Below, piece after piece: positions 48,970 through 58,824 of a stretch of DNA of 64,000 bases. A program made the translations under genes and the position numbers. Origin of the DNA: Woeseiaceae bacterium (GTDB lineage Bacteria; Pseudomonadota; Gammaproteobacteria; Steroidobacterales; Woeseiaceae); the NCBI GenBank assembly GCA_033720315.1, contig JAWWCT010000012.1, forward strand, positions 5,982 through 69,981. Direction: 5' to 3'. Below the pieces are notes generated by a model, which did no database searches, was not told the DNA's origin, and worked only from the letters and a program-made list of their open reading frames with translations. Within the stretch, counting starts at the first letter, position 1. Each line of letters opens with the position of its first letter.

Positions 48970-49554
48970 TTACTCGGTCTCCGTAAGGATGTCTGTAACT
49001 TCCTTGCGCGACTGCACGGGCAACAGTTTCGGATAGCCGTACCAGATCAAGCCAACCACGTATTCCTTGTCCGCATCGATGTCGAGCAAGTCGAAGAATC
49101 GTTGATCGCGGGTAATGGCACCCGTCGTCCACTTGGATGCGACGCCGGCCTCGGAAAGATAAAGAAGAATGTTCTGCACCGCACAGCAACATGCAGCGTA
49201 ATCCTCCCGCGCCCGTATTTCGTCGTCGGATTTCTGACAGGTCACGACCAGCCATCCCGGAACGGCTGATGCCCTCGCTGCCTTGTGCTCGCCGATATCG
49301 GCATTTTTTGTCTCGGTGACGATCGTACGAATCAATTCGACGCTCGCTGCCTTTTTGGCTTTGCCCAGCAGGTAAAAATGCCAGGGCTCGGTCAGGTGAT
49401 GATTCGGCGCCCAGCGCGCGAGGTCGATCGCCTGCCGCAGCAAGTCATTGCTGACGTCGCGTTTCAGGAACAGGTTCGTCGTACGCCGCGAACGAATGCG
49501 CTCGGCAAGCTTGCGCAGATTGTCGGCATCCGGTTTCGGCGGCGGATCTGCCAC
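48970..49554 (-). CDS. nitroreductase family protein
   Basis: RRTTNLF...AIDLARWAPNHHLTEPWHFYLL is typical of the nitroreductase fold. Confidence 0.8.
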   Translation of the reverse strand: MADPPPKPDADNLRKLAERIRSRRTTNLFLKRDVSNDLLRQAIDLARWAPNHHLTEPWHFYLLGKAKKAASVELIRTIVTETKNADIGEHKAARASAVPGWLVVTCQKSDDEIRAREDYAACCCAVQNILLYLSEAGVASKWTTGAITRDQRFFDLLDIDADKEYVVGLIWYGYPKLLPVQSRKEVTDILTETE

Positions 49555-49558
49555 GGCG

Positions 49559-50764
49559 TCATGCCTTTTTGAGGATCATCGCAATACCCTGGCCGACGCC
49601 GATGCACATCGTACACAGGGCGTAAGTGCCGTTACTGCGCAGCAATTGGTAAGCGGCGGTCGTCACCAACCTCGCTCCCGACATGCCGAGCGGATGCCCC
49701 AAAGCGATGGCGCCGCCGTTTGCATTCACCCGCTCCGCATCGTCCTCGATGCCCAGCTCACGGAGCACGGCCAGCCCCTGCGCGGCGAACGCCTCATTGA
49801 GTTCGATGACATCCATACGGTCGAGATACAGGTCAGTGAGTTCGAGTACGCGTCGCGATGCCGGCACCGGACCGATGCCCATGACACGGGGTTCGACGCC
49901 GGCCGACGCCCACGCCTCGATGCTCGCCATCGGCCGCAAAGCGTATTTCTCGACGGCCTGGTCCGACGCCACCAGCAGCGCACAGGCGCCGTCATTGATC
50001 CCGGACGCATTGCCGGCAGTAACCGTGCCGTCCTTCGTGACAATCGGCTTGAGTTTCTGAAGGCCTTCGAGCGTCGAATCCGCCCGTGGGTGCTCGTCCG
50101 TATCGACCTCGACGGAGTCGCCGCGACGCTGCGGCACCGCTACCGGCACGATCTCGTCTTTGAGACGGCCCGCAGCGATTGCCTCCGCCGCCCGTTGCTG
50201 GCTGCGCAGGGCGAACAGGTCCTGGTCTTCACGGCTGACCTTGTAGTCGTGCGCAACGTTTTCCGCGGTCTCGGCCATCGAGTCGATGCCATACTGTTCC
50301 TCGAGTTTCTTGTTGACGAATCGCCAACCCAGCGTCGTGTCGTAGATTTCAGCGTTTCGCCCAAATGCCGCGGTTGACTTTGCGAGCACAAAAGGTGCAC
50401 GGGACATCGATTCCACGCCGCCCGCAATCACGACTTGCGCATCACCACTCTTGATAGCGTGCGCCGCATTTCCGACGGCATTCATTCCCGAACCGCACAG
50501 CCGGTTGACGGTCGCCCCCGGCACCGCCGGCGGCAAGCCGGCGAGTAGCAACGACATGCGCGCGACATTGCGATTGTCCTCCCCTGCCTGGTTCGCACAT
50601 CCGTAAACGACGTCGTCGATCTGTTCCGGTGGCAATCCGGAATTTCGCTCGAGCAATGCAGCGATCGGTACCGCACCCAGGTCGTCGGTACGCACGCTCG
50701 ACAGGGCACCGCCGTAGCGCCCGATCGGCGTTCGTACCGCGTCACAAATCCAGGCTTTTTGCAT
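49559..50764 (-). CDS. acetyl-CoA C-acyltransferase (PcaF/PaaJ-like 3-ketoacyl-CoA thiolase)
   Basis: Motifs AWICDAVRTPIGRYGG, active-site NRLCGSGMNAV and C-terminal CIGVGQGIA. ATG 50764 has GGAG 8 nt upstream. Confidence 0.9.
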   Translation of the reverse strand: MQKAWICDAVRTPIGRYGGALSSVRTDDLGAVPIAALLERNSGLPPEQIDDVVYGCANQAGEDNRNVARMSLLLAGLPPAVPGATVNRLCGSGMNAVGNAAHAIKSGDAQVVIAGGVESMSRAPFVLAKSTAAFGRNAEIYDTTLGWRFVNKKLEEQYGIDSMAETAENVAHDYKVSREDQDLFALRSQQRAAEAIAAGRLKDEIVPVAVPQRRGDSVEVDTDEHPRADSTLEGLQKLKPIVTKDGTVTAGNASGINDGACALLVASDQAVEKYALRPMASIEAWASAGVEPRVMGIGPVPASRRVLELTDLYLDRMDVIELNEAFAAQGLAVLRELGIEDDAERVNANGGAIALGHPLGMSGARLVTTAAYQLLRSNGTYALCTMCIGVGQGIAMILKKA

Positions 50765-50779
50765 CCACAAACTCCTGCA

Positions 50780-52099
50780 TCATGCTTGGGCAGGCGCCTG
50801 CGTTTCCTCGGAAGCGCTGCCCGTCTGTTCGTATTGCCGTCCGAGCCAGGCACCGGTAGTTGCCCAGCACGCTGCGACGATTGCGCCGGCGATGGCGATC
50901 CCGGGCAGGCCGAATGCCAGGGTTTCCTTCAAGCCGGTATGTATCCACGCGGTCAGCATGTCGCCGCCCCGATAAACGACGATGTCGACCACCGGCTTGG
51001 CCTTGTAGCGGGTCTCCGAATCGACCAGGGTAAACAACATTTCACGACCCGGCCGGGTGATCGCATAGTTGCCGGCGCGCCTTGCGATTTGCAGGCCGAT
51101 CAGGACCGCCAGCAGCGGTACCAGTGCAACGACGAGCCAGCCGCCGACCATCAGTACGGGAATCAGCGCCAGTGTCGGCGCCATACCGAAGCGCGTCGCG
51201 AGCCGCCCGGTGACGAAGATCGCCGTGACCACGGTCAAGGTGTTGACCGCCAGGTCGATGCCGCCCCAGATCTGGGTCCTCTGCTCGCGGTCGAAGTCGG
51301 CCAGCATCTCGCGCAGCTCCATGAATATGAAGGTATTCATCGTCACGTACATCAGAATGAAAGCACCGATCGCCAGCAGGTAGGGATTCTTTACGAACAG
51401 CATGAAACCGGAAAACGGATTCTTGCCGAGTTGCTTCGCGCGGCTCAGGTCCGCTTCCAGATCGGCGTTTCCCAGCTCGGTTTTTTTGAGTTTTTCGAGT
51501 GACGCAATAATGGGGATCGGCACCAGCAGCAACGCCGCGGCGATCCACAGCAGGTTCATGGTACCGATGTCGTCGGCGAAAAAGGTCGGGACGATCGGCC
51601 CGACAATGGCGCCCACGCTCGCCCCGGTACCGATGATGGCAAAAAGCCGCGGCGCCTGCTGTTTCGAGTAGACGCCCGACATGAAACTCCAGAAAACCGA
51701 GACGTGGAACAGGCTAAAAACACTGAGCCACACGTAAAAGACCTTGTCGACGCTGGTGGAATCCGCGACCAGGGTTGTGCCGAACCAGAACAGGGCGAAG
51801 GTCGTGGCGAAAAAGCCGTACACAGCCGGCACGACGTGACTGAACCTGATCCGCGAAATGATGCCGCCGTAGAGCGAAACCGCGACGACGCTGAACAGGA
51901 ACGTCTGCGTCCATAGCCAACTGACCTCCGCACGGCCCCAGTCGCTCGCCATCGCGTCGCGAACCGGCCGCAGGATGAAATACGCGACCATCAGGATAAA
52001 AATGAAAAAGAACGACAGGACGGTCGCCCGGATTTCGTTGGCTTCCACCTTGGTCAGCGTCGTGATGATGCGCGCAAGCGGTCCGCTGCGGTTGCTCAT
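50780..52099 (-). CDS. 12-TM transporter, TLC (ATP/ADP translocase)-like / MFS-related
   Basis: The N-terminal pattern E..R..LSFFFIFILMVAYFILRPVRD is characteristic of the nucleotide-transporter (TLC) family. The substrate is unknown. Confidence 0.55.
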   Translation of the reverse strand: MSNRSGPLARIITTLTKVEANEIRATVLSFFFIFILMVAYFILRPVRDAMASDWGRAEVSWLWTQTFLFSVVAVSLYGGIISRIRFSHVVPAVYGFFATTFALFWFGTTLVADSTSVDKVFYVWLSVFSLFHVSVFWSFMSGVYSKQQAPRLFAIIGTGASVGAIVGPIVPTFFADDIGTMNLLWIAAALLLVPIPIIASLEKLKKTELGNADLEADLSRAKQLGKNPFSGFMLFVKNPYLLAIGAFILMYVTMNTFIFMELREMLADFDREQRTQIWGGIDLAVNTLTVVTAIFVTGRLATRFGMAPTLALIPVLMVGGWLVVALVPLLAVLIGLQIARRAGNYAITRPGREMLFTLVDSETRYKAKPVVDIVVYRGGDMLTAWIHTGLKETLAFGLPGIAIAGAIVAACWATTGAWLGRQYEQTGSASEETQAPAQA

Positions 52100-52163
52100 G
52101 TCGCCTTACCCTGCGATTTTGGTTGCCGGCTAGACTGCCACAGCCTGCCCGCAAATTGCACCA

Positions 52164-52185
52164 GCCGGCCACCCTGGTGGCCGGC
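52164..52185 (-). terminator. GC-rich hairpin downstream of the redoxin gene
   Basis: gccggccacc-ct-ggtggccggc. The U-tract is weak. Confidence 0.35.
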
Positions 52186-52220
52186 CGGCGTGGTCGTTGC
52201 AGCTCGTGCTTTGACAGTGC

Positions 52221-52895
52221 TTACAGGGCAGCTTCAGCGGCCGCGAGCAGCTCGTCGGCCGGCAGCCGGACCTTGTAATCCGGCTCGACAAAGTCGTAGA
52301 CGATGTTTCCGGAACGGTCGATGACGTACACCGCGGGTACGGCGAGCGCGTCGTACTTGCTGATCGACGAGTCGGCGTAATCCCTGCTTTTTTCGTCAAG
52401 ATAGTTCTTGAGCCGCTTTTCGACCCTGAATGCCGTTCCCAGGGCCCGCGCCGCATTGATATCGGCGTCGGAGAGAATCAGGTAATCCAAGCCCTCGATA
52501 TCGTCCCTGGTTTCCTGCATGAGGCCGGAATAAAGTATCTCGGGGCGATCATTGCTCAGGAACAGGACGTCGTATCCGAGCGCCTTGATTTCGGGAATGA
52601 CGGTGCGCAGTTCGGAGAGATGCATGTTGCAGTAAGGGCACCAGCCGCCGCGGAAGGAGATCAAAATCGTGGGCTTTTGCAGATTATCCGGATCGAACAC
52701 ATACGGTTCGTCGTCCACGGTGCGTACCGTAAACCCGGGTGCACGGTCCCCTGCCTTCAGCGGCTCGGTCAATTCCGCGTTCTCGGGAAGCTTCCAGTAA
52801 TCCTCGGCGTTTGCAAAATGCATCTGCGACAGGATCAGGGTCCCGATGAAAAGGAACAGGAATGCAACGTAAATGAGCTTACGGCCGATGGTCAT
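52221..52895 (-). CDS. membrane-anchored/secreted thioredoxin-fold redoxin (AhpC/TSA family)
   Basis: N-terminal hydrophobic anchor and redox motif GGWCPYCN. Confidence 0.75.
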   Translation of the reverse strand: MTIGRKLIYVAFLFLFIGTLILSQMHFANAEDYWKLPENAELTEPLKAGDRAPGFTVRTVDDEPYVFDPDNLQKPTILISFRGGWCPYCNMHLSELRTVIPEIKALGYDVLFLSNDRPEILYSGLMQETRDDIEGLDYLILSDADINAARALGTAFRVEKRLKNYLDEKSRDYADSSISKYDALAVPAVYVIDRSGNIVYDFVEPDYKVRLPADELLAAAEAAL

Positions 52896-52976
52896 GACTT
52901 TTTCTCCTTGGTCGACAGCCGATGAGACCGCCGCATAGCGGAGATTATTACACGTAAATTCGGGCCGACAGCCGGC

Positions 52977-55031
52977 TCAGATTGCCTTTTCCAGCAGGTC
53001 GCTGGCATCGATGTCGCGGGCACCCCGGCATCGCGCCTTGGCCCGGTACATCGCCTGGTCGGCGGCCCGCAGCAGGCCGGTCAGGGTATTGGCATGCTCC
53101 GGATACAGGGCCAGGCCGATCGCCGCAGCACAATCGTGCTCGAGGTCTTCGATGTGATAGGGCTCGTCGAGGGCAGCACTCAGTCGCTGCGCCAGCCGCT
53201 CCGCGACATCGCCGGGAACGTCCGGGACCAGCACCACGAACTCGTCGCCGCCCGGACGGCCGATGATGTCGTGGGAGCGGAAACTGGACTTGATCCGTTC
53301 GGCCGCGATGACCAACAGCTGATCGCCGATCTCGTGCCCGTACTCATCATTGATCTTCTTGAAATCGTTGAGGTCGATGAACAACAGCGCGCCGGATGCA
53401 TCGTCGTCGCTTTCCGTCAGAAGGCGCGAGGCATTGGTCTCGAAACCGCGCCGGTTCAGGACACCGGTCAGCGGATCGCAATGCGCGATCGATTCCATCT
53501 GCTGCACCTCGGCCCGGGCGTCGGTTACGTCGACGAAGGTTACGGCAACGTCCTCGCCGACCGGTTCGCTGATGACGCGTATCCAGTGCGAGGTGCCCTT
53601 GCGCTCGATCTTGATTTCGGTATCGAACACTTCGCCATCCTGCGCCGCCTCGAGGAAGCGGTCATAGAAGACTTCTGCGTCTTCGTCGTCGAGACTCACC
53701 GTAAACAGCGCCATCATGTTTTTTGCCGTGCAATGGATAATCTGGTCCGGGTTGGTCTGCAGGATGCGCCCGGCCGCCGCATTGGCAAAAATGCAGCGAA
53801 GTTCGCGATTTTCGTAGCTGTCGTCGGCCGAGATCCAGCTCATGCGGACGATGCCATTGACGGAATGGTCGATCAGGGTGCGCAACAGTTTTTCGCTGTT
53901 TTGCACTTCGCGCTGGGCATTCTCCACGTCGCTGACGTCACGGAACATCAGTACCCGGCCCTTTTTCGAGCCCTTCTGGCCCGTCGCGATCGGCGTCACC
54001 TGCAAGTGCAGGAAGCGGCCGGTATAGGTCAGCATCTTTTGCGGCACACCGGTGTCGAGGGCCGCATGCACTTCCGGCACCTCCTCGCCGAAAACGCCAT
54101 CCAGTGAAGATTTGATCGCCTGGCTTTCCGACAGGTTCAGGAGCCGTTCCGCGCCATGATTCATGCCGATAACGCGCTCCTGTTCATCCACCACGATGAC
54201 CGGATCCTGCATGTTCTGGAATACCGTCTCGTAGGCAACCGGGTTGAATTCGATGACCTGGTCGTTCAGCAGCAGCCAGGCATAGATCGGCAGCATCCAG
54301 GCAAGGACCAGCGGCACGATGGACAGGGTATTCGGGCCGACCCCGAAATCGTAGGCAACGACGGTAATGATGGGCGCCATTGCGGTACCGACGATCAGGA
54401 ACAGCCCGCGGCGATGTGTCGGCGCGACGGCCGAGCTGTGTAGTAACAGGGTCAGCAGGGCAGCGCTCACCACCAGGTAGGCGAACGGTGCGTGTACATA
54501 CAGGAACCACGGCCCCCACGCCAGCGGCCGAACCAGGAATTCGCCGTCTATGTTGGTGGTCGGGTACAGCCACATCCATTGATGCAGGTGGTTGGTCGCA
54601 GCAAACAGTATCGACAGAAACGGAATGACCAGCAGTGCGCCGATGACCTTGTTCGGCGTGCTGTTGCCGGTAATTTCGCGAAAGCTCACGAGGATGCCGA
54701 CCGGTACCAGGCTGTTGCCGACGAAATGCAGGAACCTGCCGATCCTGAACACTTCCAGGGTCACCGCGACCTGTTCGATCGCGCCACCGAGCACCCACAG
54801 GCCGAGGACCAGGAAGGTCAATCCGGTTGCCGGGCTGCGCACCGTGTTGTCGCCGCGCAGCACGCGGATCGCGAGCCTGATATAGAAGCTCGCGCAGATG
54901 CCCAAAAGGACCGCCAGTACGATGTCGAGACTCAACACAATGCCTAACCAAAAGAGCCCAAGCCAGAACCGGTTTCTGGAATATGTGCAATTGTAATGAG
55001 CGCAAACCCTTGATTCTGGGACGTGTTCCAC
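52977..55031 (-). CDS. 7TM-sensor / PAS / GGDEF diguanylate cyclase
   Basis: About 7 N-terminal TM helices and PAS-like segments. The GGDEF domain has RPGGDEFVVL, with an RxxD I-site (RSHD) 5 residues upstream. Confidence 0.85.
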   Translation of the reverse strand: MEHVPESRVCAHYNCTYSRNRFWLGLFWLGIVLSLDIVLAVLLGICASFYIRLAIRVLRGDNTVRSPATGLTFLVLGLWVLGGAIEQVAVTLEVFRIGRFLHFVGNSLVPVGILVSFREITGNSTPNKVIGALLVIPFLSILFAATNHLHQWMWLYPTTNIDGEFLVRPLAWGPWFLYVHAPFAYLVVSAALLTLLLHSSAVAPTHRRGLFLIVGTAMAPIITVVAYDFGVGPNTLSIVPLVLAWMLPIYAWLLLNDQVIEFNPVAYETVFQNMQDPVIVVDEQERVIGMNHGAERLLNLSESQAIKSSLDGVFGEEVPEVHAALDTGVPQKMLTYTGRFLHLQVTPIATGQKGSKKGRVLMFRDVSDVENAQREVQNSEKLLRTLIDHSVNGIVRMSWISADDSYENRELRCIFANAAAGRILQTNPDQIIHCTAKNMMALFTVSLDDEDAEVFYDRFLEAAQDGEVFDTEIKIERKGTSHWIRVISEPVGEDVAVTFVDVTDARAEVQQMESIAHCDPLTGVLNRRGFETNASRLLTESDDDASGALLFIDLNDFKKINDEYGHEIGDQLLVIAAERIKSSFRSHDIIGRPGGDEFVVLVPDVPGDVAERLAQRLSAALDEPYHIEDLEHDCAAAIGLALYPEHANTLTGLLRAADQAMYRAKARCRGARDIDASDLLEKAI

Positions 55032-55173
55032 AGCTTTGAGCGTTTTTGCTCATGCTGTATATGGTCGAATAATCCGAAATGTATGCCGAAACCCGGGCCC
55101 TCCGGCCGCGCGTGCCGGGCGTTGTGTGATGCAGTCGATAGGCGCGCGGGGGCGCATCGCCGAGAATCACTGC

Positions 55174-55647
55174 ATGGCTGATCACAAATCGACAGGCGTA
55201 CGGGTCAAGCGGCCGGCCGCCATCGGCGATGGGGCAAGCCAGAAACAAGCGAATCCTGACGCCGGTGACGAAGTAGAACTCGTCAGCACCCAGATGCTGA
55301 AACAAATCCTGTCCTCGCGCGACCCCGAGAATCGCAGAGGCGTTACCGAAGCCGCACACCGGGACACCGATGGCGTGCTCGCGCGCGATCCCCGTACCGG
55401 CTACTACACGATCATCGGCGAGGCGGAACTCAAGGCGATCGTCGACAGCGGGCAACCGTTACCCAAGCTCAGTCGGCCCGACGACCCTACCGAGGCTCCG
55501 CTGCACGACTATGCCGACAGCGAGCATTTGTCTTTGGTCAGCGTCGAGGCCCTGCGACAGGTGCTCGGTGACGAGGCCAGCGACGATGACGAAGAGTCGG
55601 CGGCCGCCGAGGCGCCGGACTTCGATCCTTATCTCTCGCAGTCCTGA
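55174..55647 (+). CDS. hypothetical acidic protein
   Basis: 157 aa from ATG 55174, with normal-looking composition and an acidic C-terminus. No family recognised. Confidence 0.4.
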   Translation: MADHKSTGVRVKRPAAIGDGASQKQANPDAGDEVELVSTQMLKQILSSRDPENRRGVTEAAHRDTDGVLARDPRTGYYTIIGEAELKAIVDSGQPLPKLSRPDDPTEAPLHDYADSEHLSLVSVEALRQVLGDEASDDDEESAAAEAPDFDPYLSQS

Positions 55648-55667
55648 CGGCGATCGGGCCGCCGTCG

Positions 55668-56744
55668 TTAACTGGCGGCTTGCGACGCGCAGACCTGGCG
55701 GAACGTTTGCCGCGCATGATCCCGCGGCAGCTCCTGTATCCTTTCCAGAAAATCGGCTGCACTGTTTTCCGACGCCACCGCCTCGCGCAGGTAGGCATCG
55801 TCGGCGCCGCGCAGGCTGGCGCGCCACGCCAGGATACTTATCGTGGCAGCGAGCCGGGTCTTGATGAGGTCAAATAGCAGGTCGATTTCCTCGAGCTCTA
55901 GCGGCGTAACAGAGTGATAGGCGGACAAGAACTCGGCAATCCTTGCCAGCGGATTGCCGTCAAGGGTTCGCAGATAGGAACAAGCTACCGCAACATCGAC
56001 GATCAACGGCGCCTTCAGCATATCGCCAAAATCGATGATGCCTGCCACCCGGCTCCCGTCGTCGGTGTCGATCAATACGTTTTCCGGGTTGAGGTCGCTG
56101 TGGATAACCTGCGTGCGCAGCGAGCCAAGCCCTGGCAATGCACAGGATTCAAAATCGTCGAGCGTAGCGGCGACCGTCGCGCGCATTTTCCGGTCGTCTA
56201 CGTGGTCGAGGATCCTGCGCAACTGAAGCGCCTGTTGTATGTCCCACAGCAACCCATGGCCGCTGCCCGGATGCTCGAAATCACGCAGCGCCCTGCCGAG
56301 ATGCGCCAGGTGTATGCCGAGGTCGCGACACAGCTCGTCGGATGGCGAGGTGCGACCGAGCGGCACACCGGGAAGGTAGGTAATCACCCGGGTGACGTGC
56401 TGGCTGCTACCGGATTCAACGGTGATACTCGATTCTCCCGACAGCGTCTTGACGATCCGCGGCACAATGACCGGGGATTCATTGGCCGCCAGGTAAGCTT
56501 CCAAGTGCTGCAACGCCGCGACCTGGAATTCGGTCGCCTGCGGGTCCTCGGCCGCATTGGCAATCTTCAGCACGAACTCGCGGCCATCGGCACAGCGCAT
56601 ATGGAAGTTCTGGTCCCGCTCGCTAAGCAACGGATCGAGACTCACGTTGAGCCCGTAATGCGCCCGCACTATTTGCCGGACTTCAGTTTCGCCGAAGCTC
56701 GGGGTCTCGGTTTCAATGACCGCAAACGGGTCCGCGGCTGCCAC
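55668..56744 (-). CDS. APH-fold phosphotransferase (aminoglycoside/homoserine-kinase-II/hydroxylysine-kinase-like)
   Basis: Catalytic loop HSDLNPENVLID and metal-binding IIDFGD. Confidence 0.75.
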   Translation of the reverse strand: MAAADPFAVIETETPSFGETEVRQIVRAHYGLNVSLDPLLSERDQNFHMRCADGREFVLKIANAAEDPQATEFQVAALQHLEAYLAANESPVIVPRIVKTLSGESSITVESGSSQHVTRVITYLPGVPLGRTSPSDELCRDLGIHLAHLGRALRDFEHPGSGHGLLWDIQQALQLRRILDHVDDRKMRATVAATLDDFESCALPGLGSLRTQVIHSDLNPENVLIDTDDGSRVAGIIDFGDMLKAPLIVDVAVACSYLRTLDGNPLARIAEFLSAYHSVTPLELEEIDLLFDLIKTRLAATISILAWRASLRGADDAYLREAVASENSAADFLERIQELPRDHARQTFRQVCASQAAS

Positions 56745-57019
56745 AGCTTGGCCTCCTGGGCCGGAAAAGGCCGCAGTATGGTGCGCGGCAAGGTACGCAT
56801 CAAGGCAGCGGGTCCGTCAAATCGACCATTCGAAATGGCCGTGTAAGCCGGATCCGTATACAATCCGGATTGCTCGCCCTCGGGGCCGCACATTTAAACT
56901 AAATAAATAAAGGGCTTGCGGGCCGTTAAAAGTGAATAGCCGATGACTGTGGGAGATCGTGCCCTCGTTATTCCGCATTTGCCAAGAGTCTGCATAAACC
57001 AAATTAAGGACTGTTAGTC

Positions 57020-57583
57020 ATGCCACTTGATATTACCTTTACACTGAGTGATCAGGATCTCGATCACTTCCAGACAATCGTCGACAAGGCCAAGAGCGCA
57101 ATGGACGACGGCGCACCTGAAGAATCCGTGGTGACCGCGGCTCGGCAATTGATCGAAGACGCGAGATCCGGCGAGCTGCCGGCGTTCATCGGCAGCCGGC
57201 TGAACAAGCTCGAAGTGGTCATCAATATGATCAACGACGAGGAGTGGCAACTCAGCGATGAGGAACGCAGCCGCGTCATCGGTGCCCTGATTTACTTTTG
57301 CGATCCCGAAGACCTCATCCCCGACCATGTGCCGGGATTCGGCTTTCTCGACGATGCTATCTACGTGGAAATCATCATTCGCGAATTAGCCGCAGAGATA
57401 GAGTCCTACGAGGAGTTCTGCAAATTCCGCGTCGCCGAAGAAGCGCGGCGCAAGGACAAGGGTGAAGATCCCTACGTCGACCGCGAAGCGTGGCTGGCCG
57501 ACAAGCGTGCCACGTTGCATGCGCGCATGCGCAAGCGGCGCCGCAGTATCGGCGGCGGTGGCGGCTGGCGTTTACGCTGGTAG
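57020..57583 (+). CDS. DUF1232 (YkvA-like) domain protein
   Basis: LIYFCDPEDLIPDHVPGFGFLDDAIYV is the DUF1232 core. Confidence 0.75.
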   Translation: MPLDITFTLSDQDLDHFQTIVDKAKSAMDDGAPEESVVTAARQLIEDARSGELPAFIGSRLNKLEVVINMINDEEWQLSDEERSRVIGALIYFCDPEDLIPDHVPGFGFLDDAIYVEIIIRELAAEIESYEEFCKFRVAEEARRKDKGEDPYVDREAWLADKRATLHARMRKRRRSIGGGGGWRLRW

Positions 57584-57584
57584 T

Positions 57585-58163
57585 TCAGTCCGCTTCCGGG
57601 CGCCACTTTTCGACCGTTGGCGGTGCGTAGTCCGCAAATTTGCCCAATAACGTTGCCGGCGTGACGGCATCCAGCAGCATGCGCCGGTGCAGCGTATGCA
57701 CGAACCCTTCCGATTCCGCGTGGTCGAGGAACGCCAGCAGTCCGTCGAAATAGCCCTCGACATTGAGCAAGCCGCAGGGCTTGTCATGAAACCCGAGTTG
57801 CCCCCAGGTGAGCACCTCGATGATTTCCTCGAGCGTGCCGAAGCCGCCCGGCAAGGCGATAAAACCGTCTGACAGTGTCGCCATACGTGATTTTCTCTCG
57901 TGCATGGAATCGACGACCTGCAATTCGCTCAGTCCGGAGTGGGCAATCTCCTTGTCGCGCAATGCCTGGGGAATGATGCCGGTGACCTCACCACCCGCCT
58001 CGAGCACCGCATCGGCAAGCGCGCCCATGACGCCGATACAGGAACCACCGTATACCAGGCCGATTTTGCGTTGCGCCAATAGTGCACCGAGTTCCCGTGC
58101 AGCGGTGACATAGACGTCGCGGCCGCCGGCACTCGAGCCGCAATAGACACACAGCCGGTTCAC
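57585..58163 (-). CDS. LOG family protein (TIGR00730; nucleotide 5'-monophosphate nucleosidase / cytokinin riboside 5'-monophosphate phosphoribohydrolase family)
   Basis: Motifs CVYCGSS, LVYGG and PGGFGTLEEI. Confidence 0.9.
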   Translation of the reverse strand: MNRLCVYCGSSAGGRDVYVTAARELGALLAQRKIGLVYGGSCIGVMGALADAVLEAGGEVTGIIPQALRDKEIAHSGLSELQVVDSMHERKSRMATLSDGFIALPGGFGTLEEIIEVLTWGQLGFHDKPCGLLNVEGYFDGLLAFLDHAESEGFVHTLHRRMLLDAVTPATLLGKFADYAPPTVEKWRPEAD

Positions 58164-58172
58164 AGCGAGCGC

Positions 58173-58736
58173 TTACGTCGCCGGGTTTGCCCCGTGAATA
58201 ATGGCATGCAGTTCCGGTCTCGCTTTTAGCATTTCTTCGGGCGTCAGCGCATCGAGTTCGTGCGGGAACACCAGCCATTCCGCCGTTTCCTTGATGTAGT
58301 AGTCCGGCACTAGATCGGTCTCGTTTCTGGTCGGCTTGTACCAGGGCACGGCCACCCGCAGGTCGTCAGGCGTATTGGCGCGTGCGCGTGCCTTTATTTC
58401 CTCGACGACGGCCTTGATGGTGTGGCCGGTATCGAATACATCATCGACGATCAGGACGCGGTCTTCATGGCAGATTTTCTTGATCAGATAATTGAGGCCG
58501 TGCACCGCGACGGTGCCTCGCTGATCGACCCCGGTGTAGGACGAAGTGCGGATGGCGATGTGATCGGCATCGACATTGCAGTAGGCGAGCACTTCCTGCA
58601 CCGCCATGCCGACCGGCGTTCCGCCCCGCCAGATGGCAATGATCATGGTCGGCTCGAAACCGCTTTCGAGCACCTTGACCCCGAGGCGAAAGGAATCTTC
58701 AAGGAGTTCCCGGGCGGAAATGACCGTTTTGTCCAT
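58173..58736 (-). CDS. Gpt-like purine phosphoribosyltransferase, paralogue 1
   Basis: PRPP-binding loop VLIVDDVFDTGHT and IAIWRGGTPVG. Layout is like E. coli Gpt, including the C-terminal WLVFPHE. Confidence 0.8.
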   Translation of the reverse strand: MDKTVISARELLEDSFRLGVKVLESGFEPTMIIAIWRGGTPVGMAVQEVLAYCNVDADHIAIRTSSYTGVDQRGTVAVHGLNYLIKKICHEDRVLIVDDVFDTGHTIKAVVEEIKARARANTPDDLRVAVPWYKPTRNETDLVPDYYIKETAEWLVFPHELDALTPEEMLKARPELHAIIHGANPAT

Positions 58737-58824
58737 GGCGGGCCTGTCTGTCCGGACGTTCGTCGTTATAATGCGCGCATTCGGCTGGCGCCAATACTAC
58801 ACACTCGCGACCAAAAAATAACGA

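Noticed and set aside
56745-57019. 275-bp partly AT-rich spacer screened for an Rsm/Csr-type or other sRNA (several GGA-containing hairpins such as ggcc-ggaaaa-ggcc).
   Set aside because: GGA motifs are few and not displayed in repeated hairpin loops, and no terminator is evident. It cannot be distinguished from an ordinary divergent promoter region by eye.
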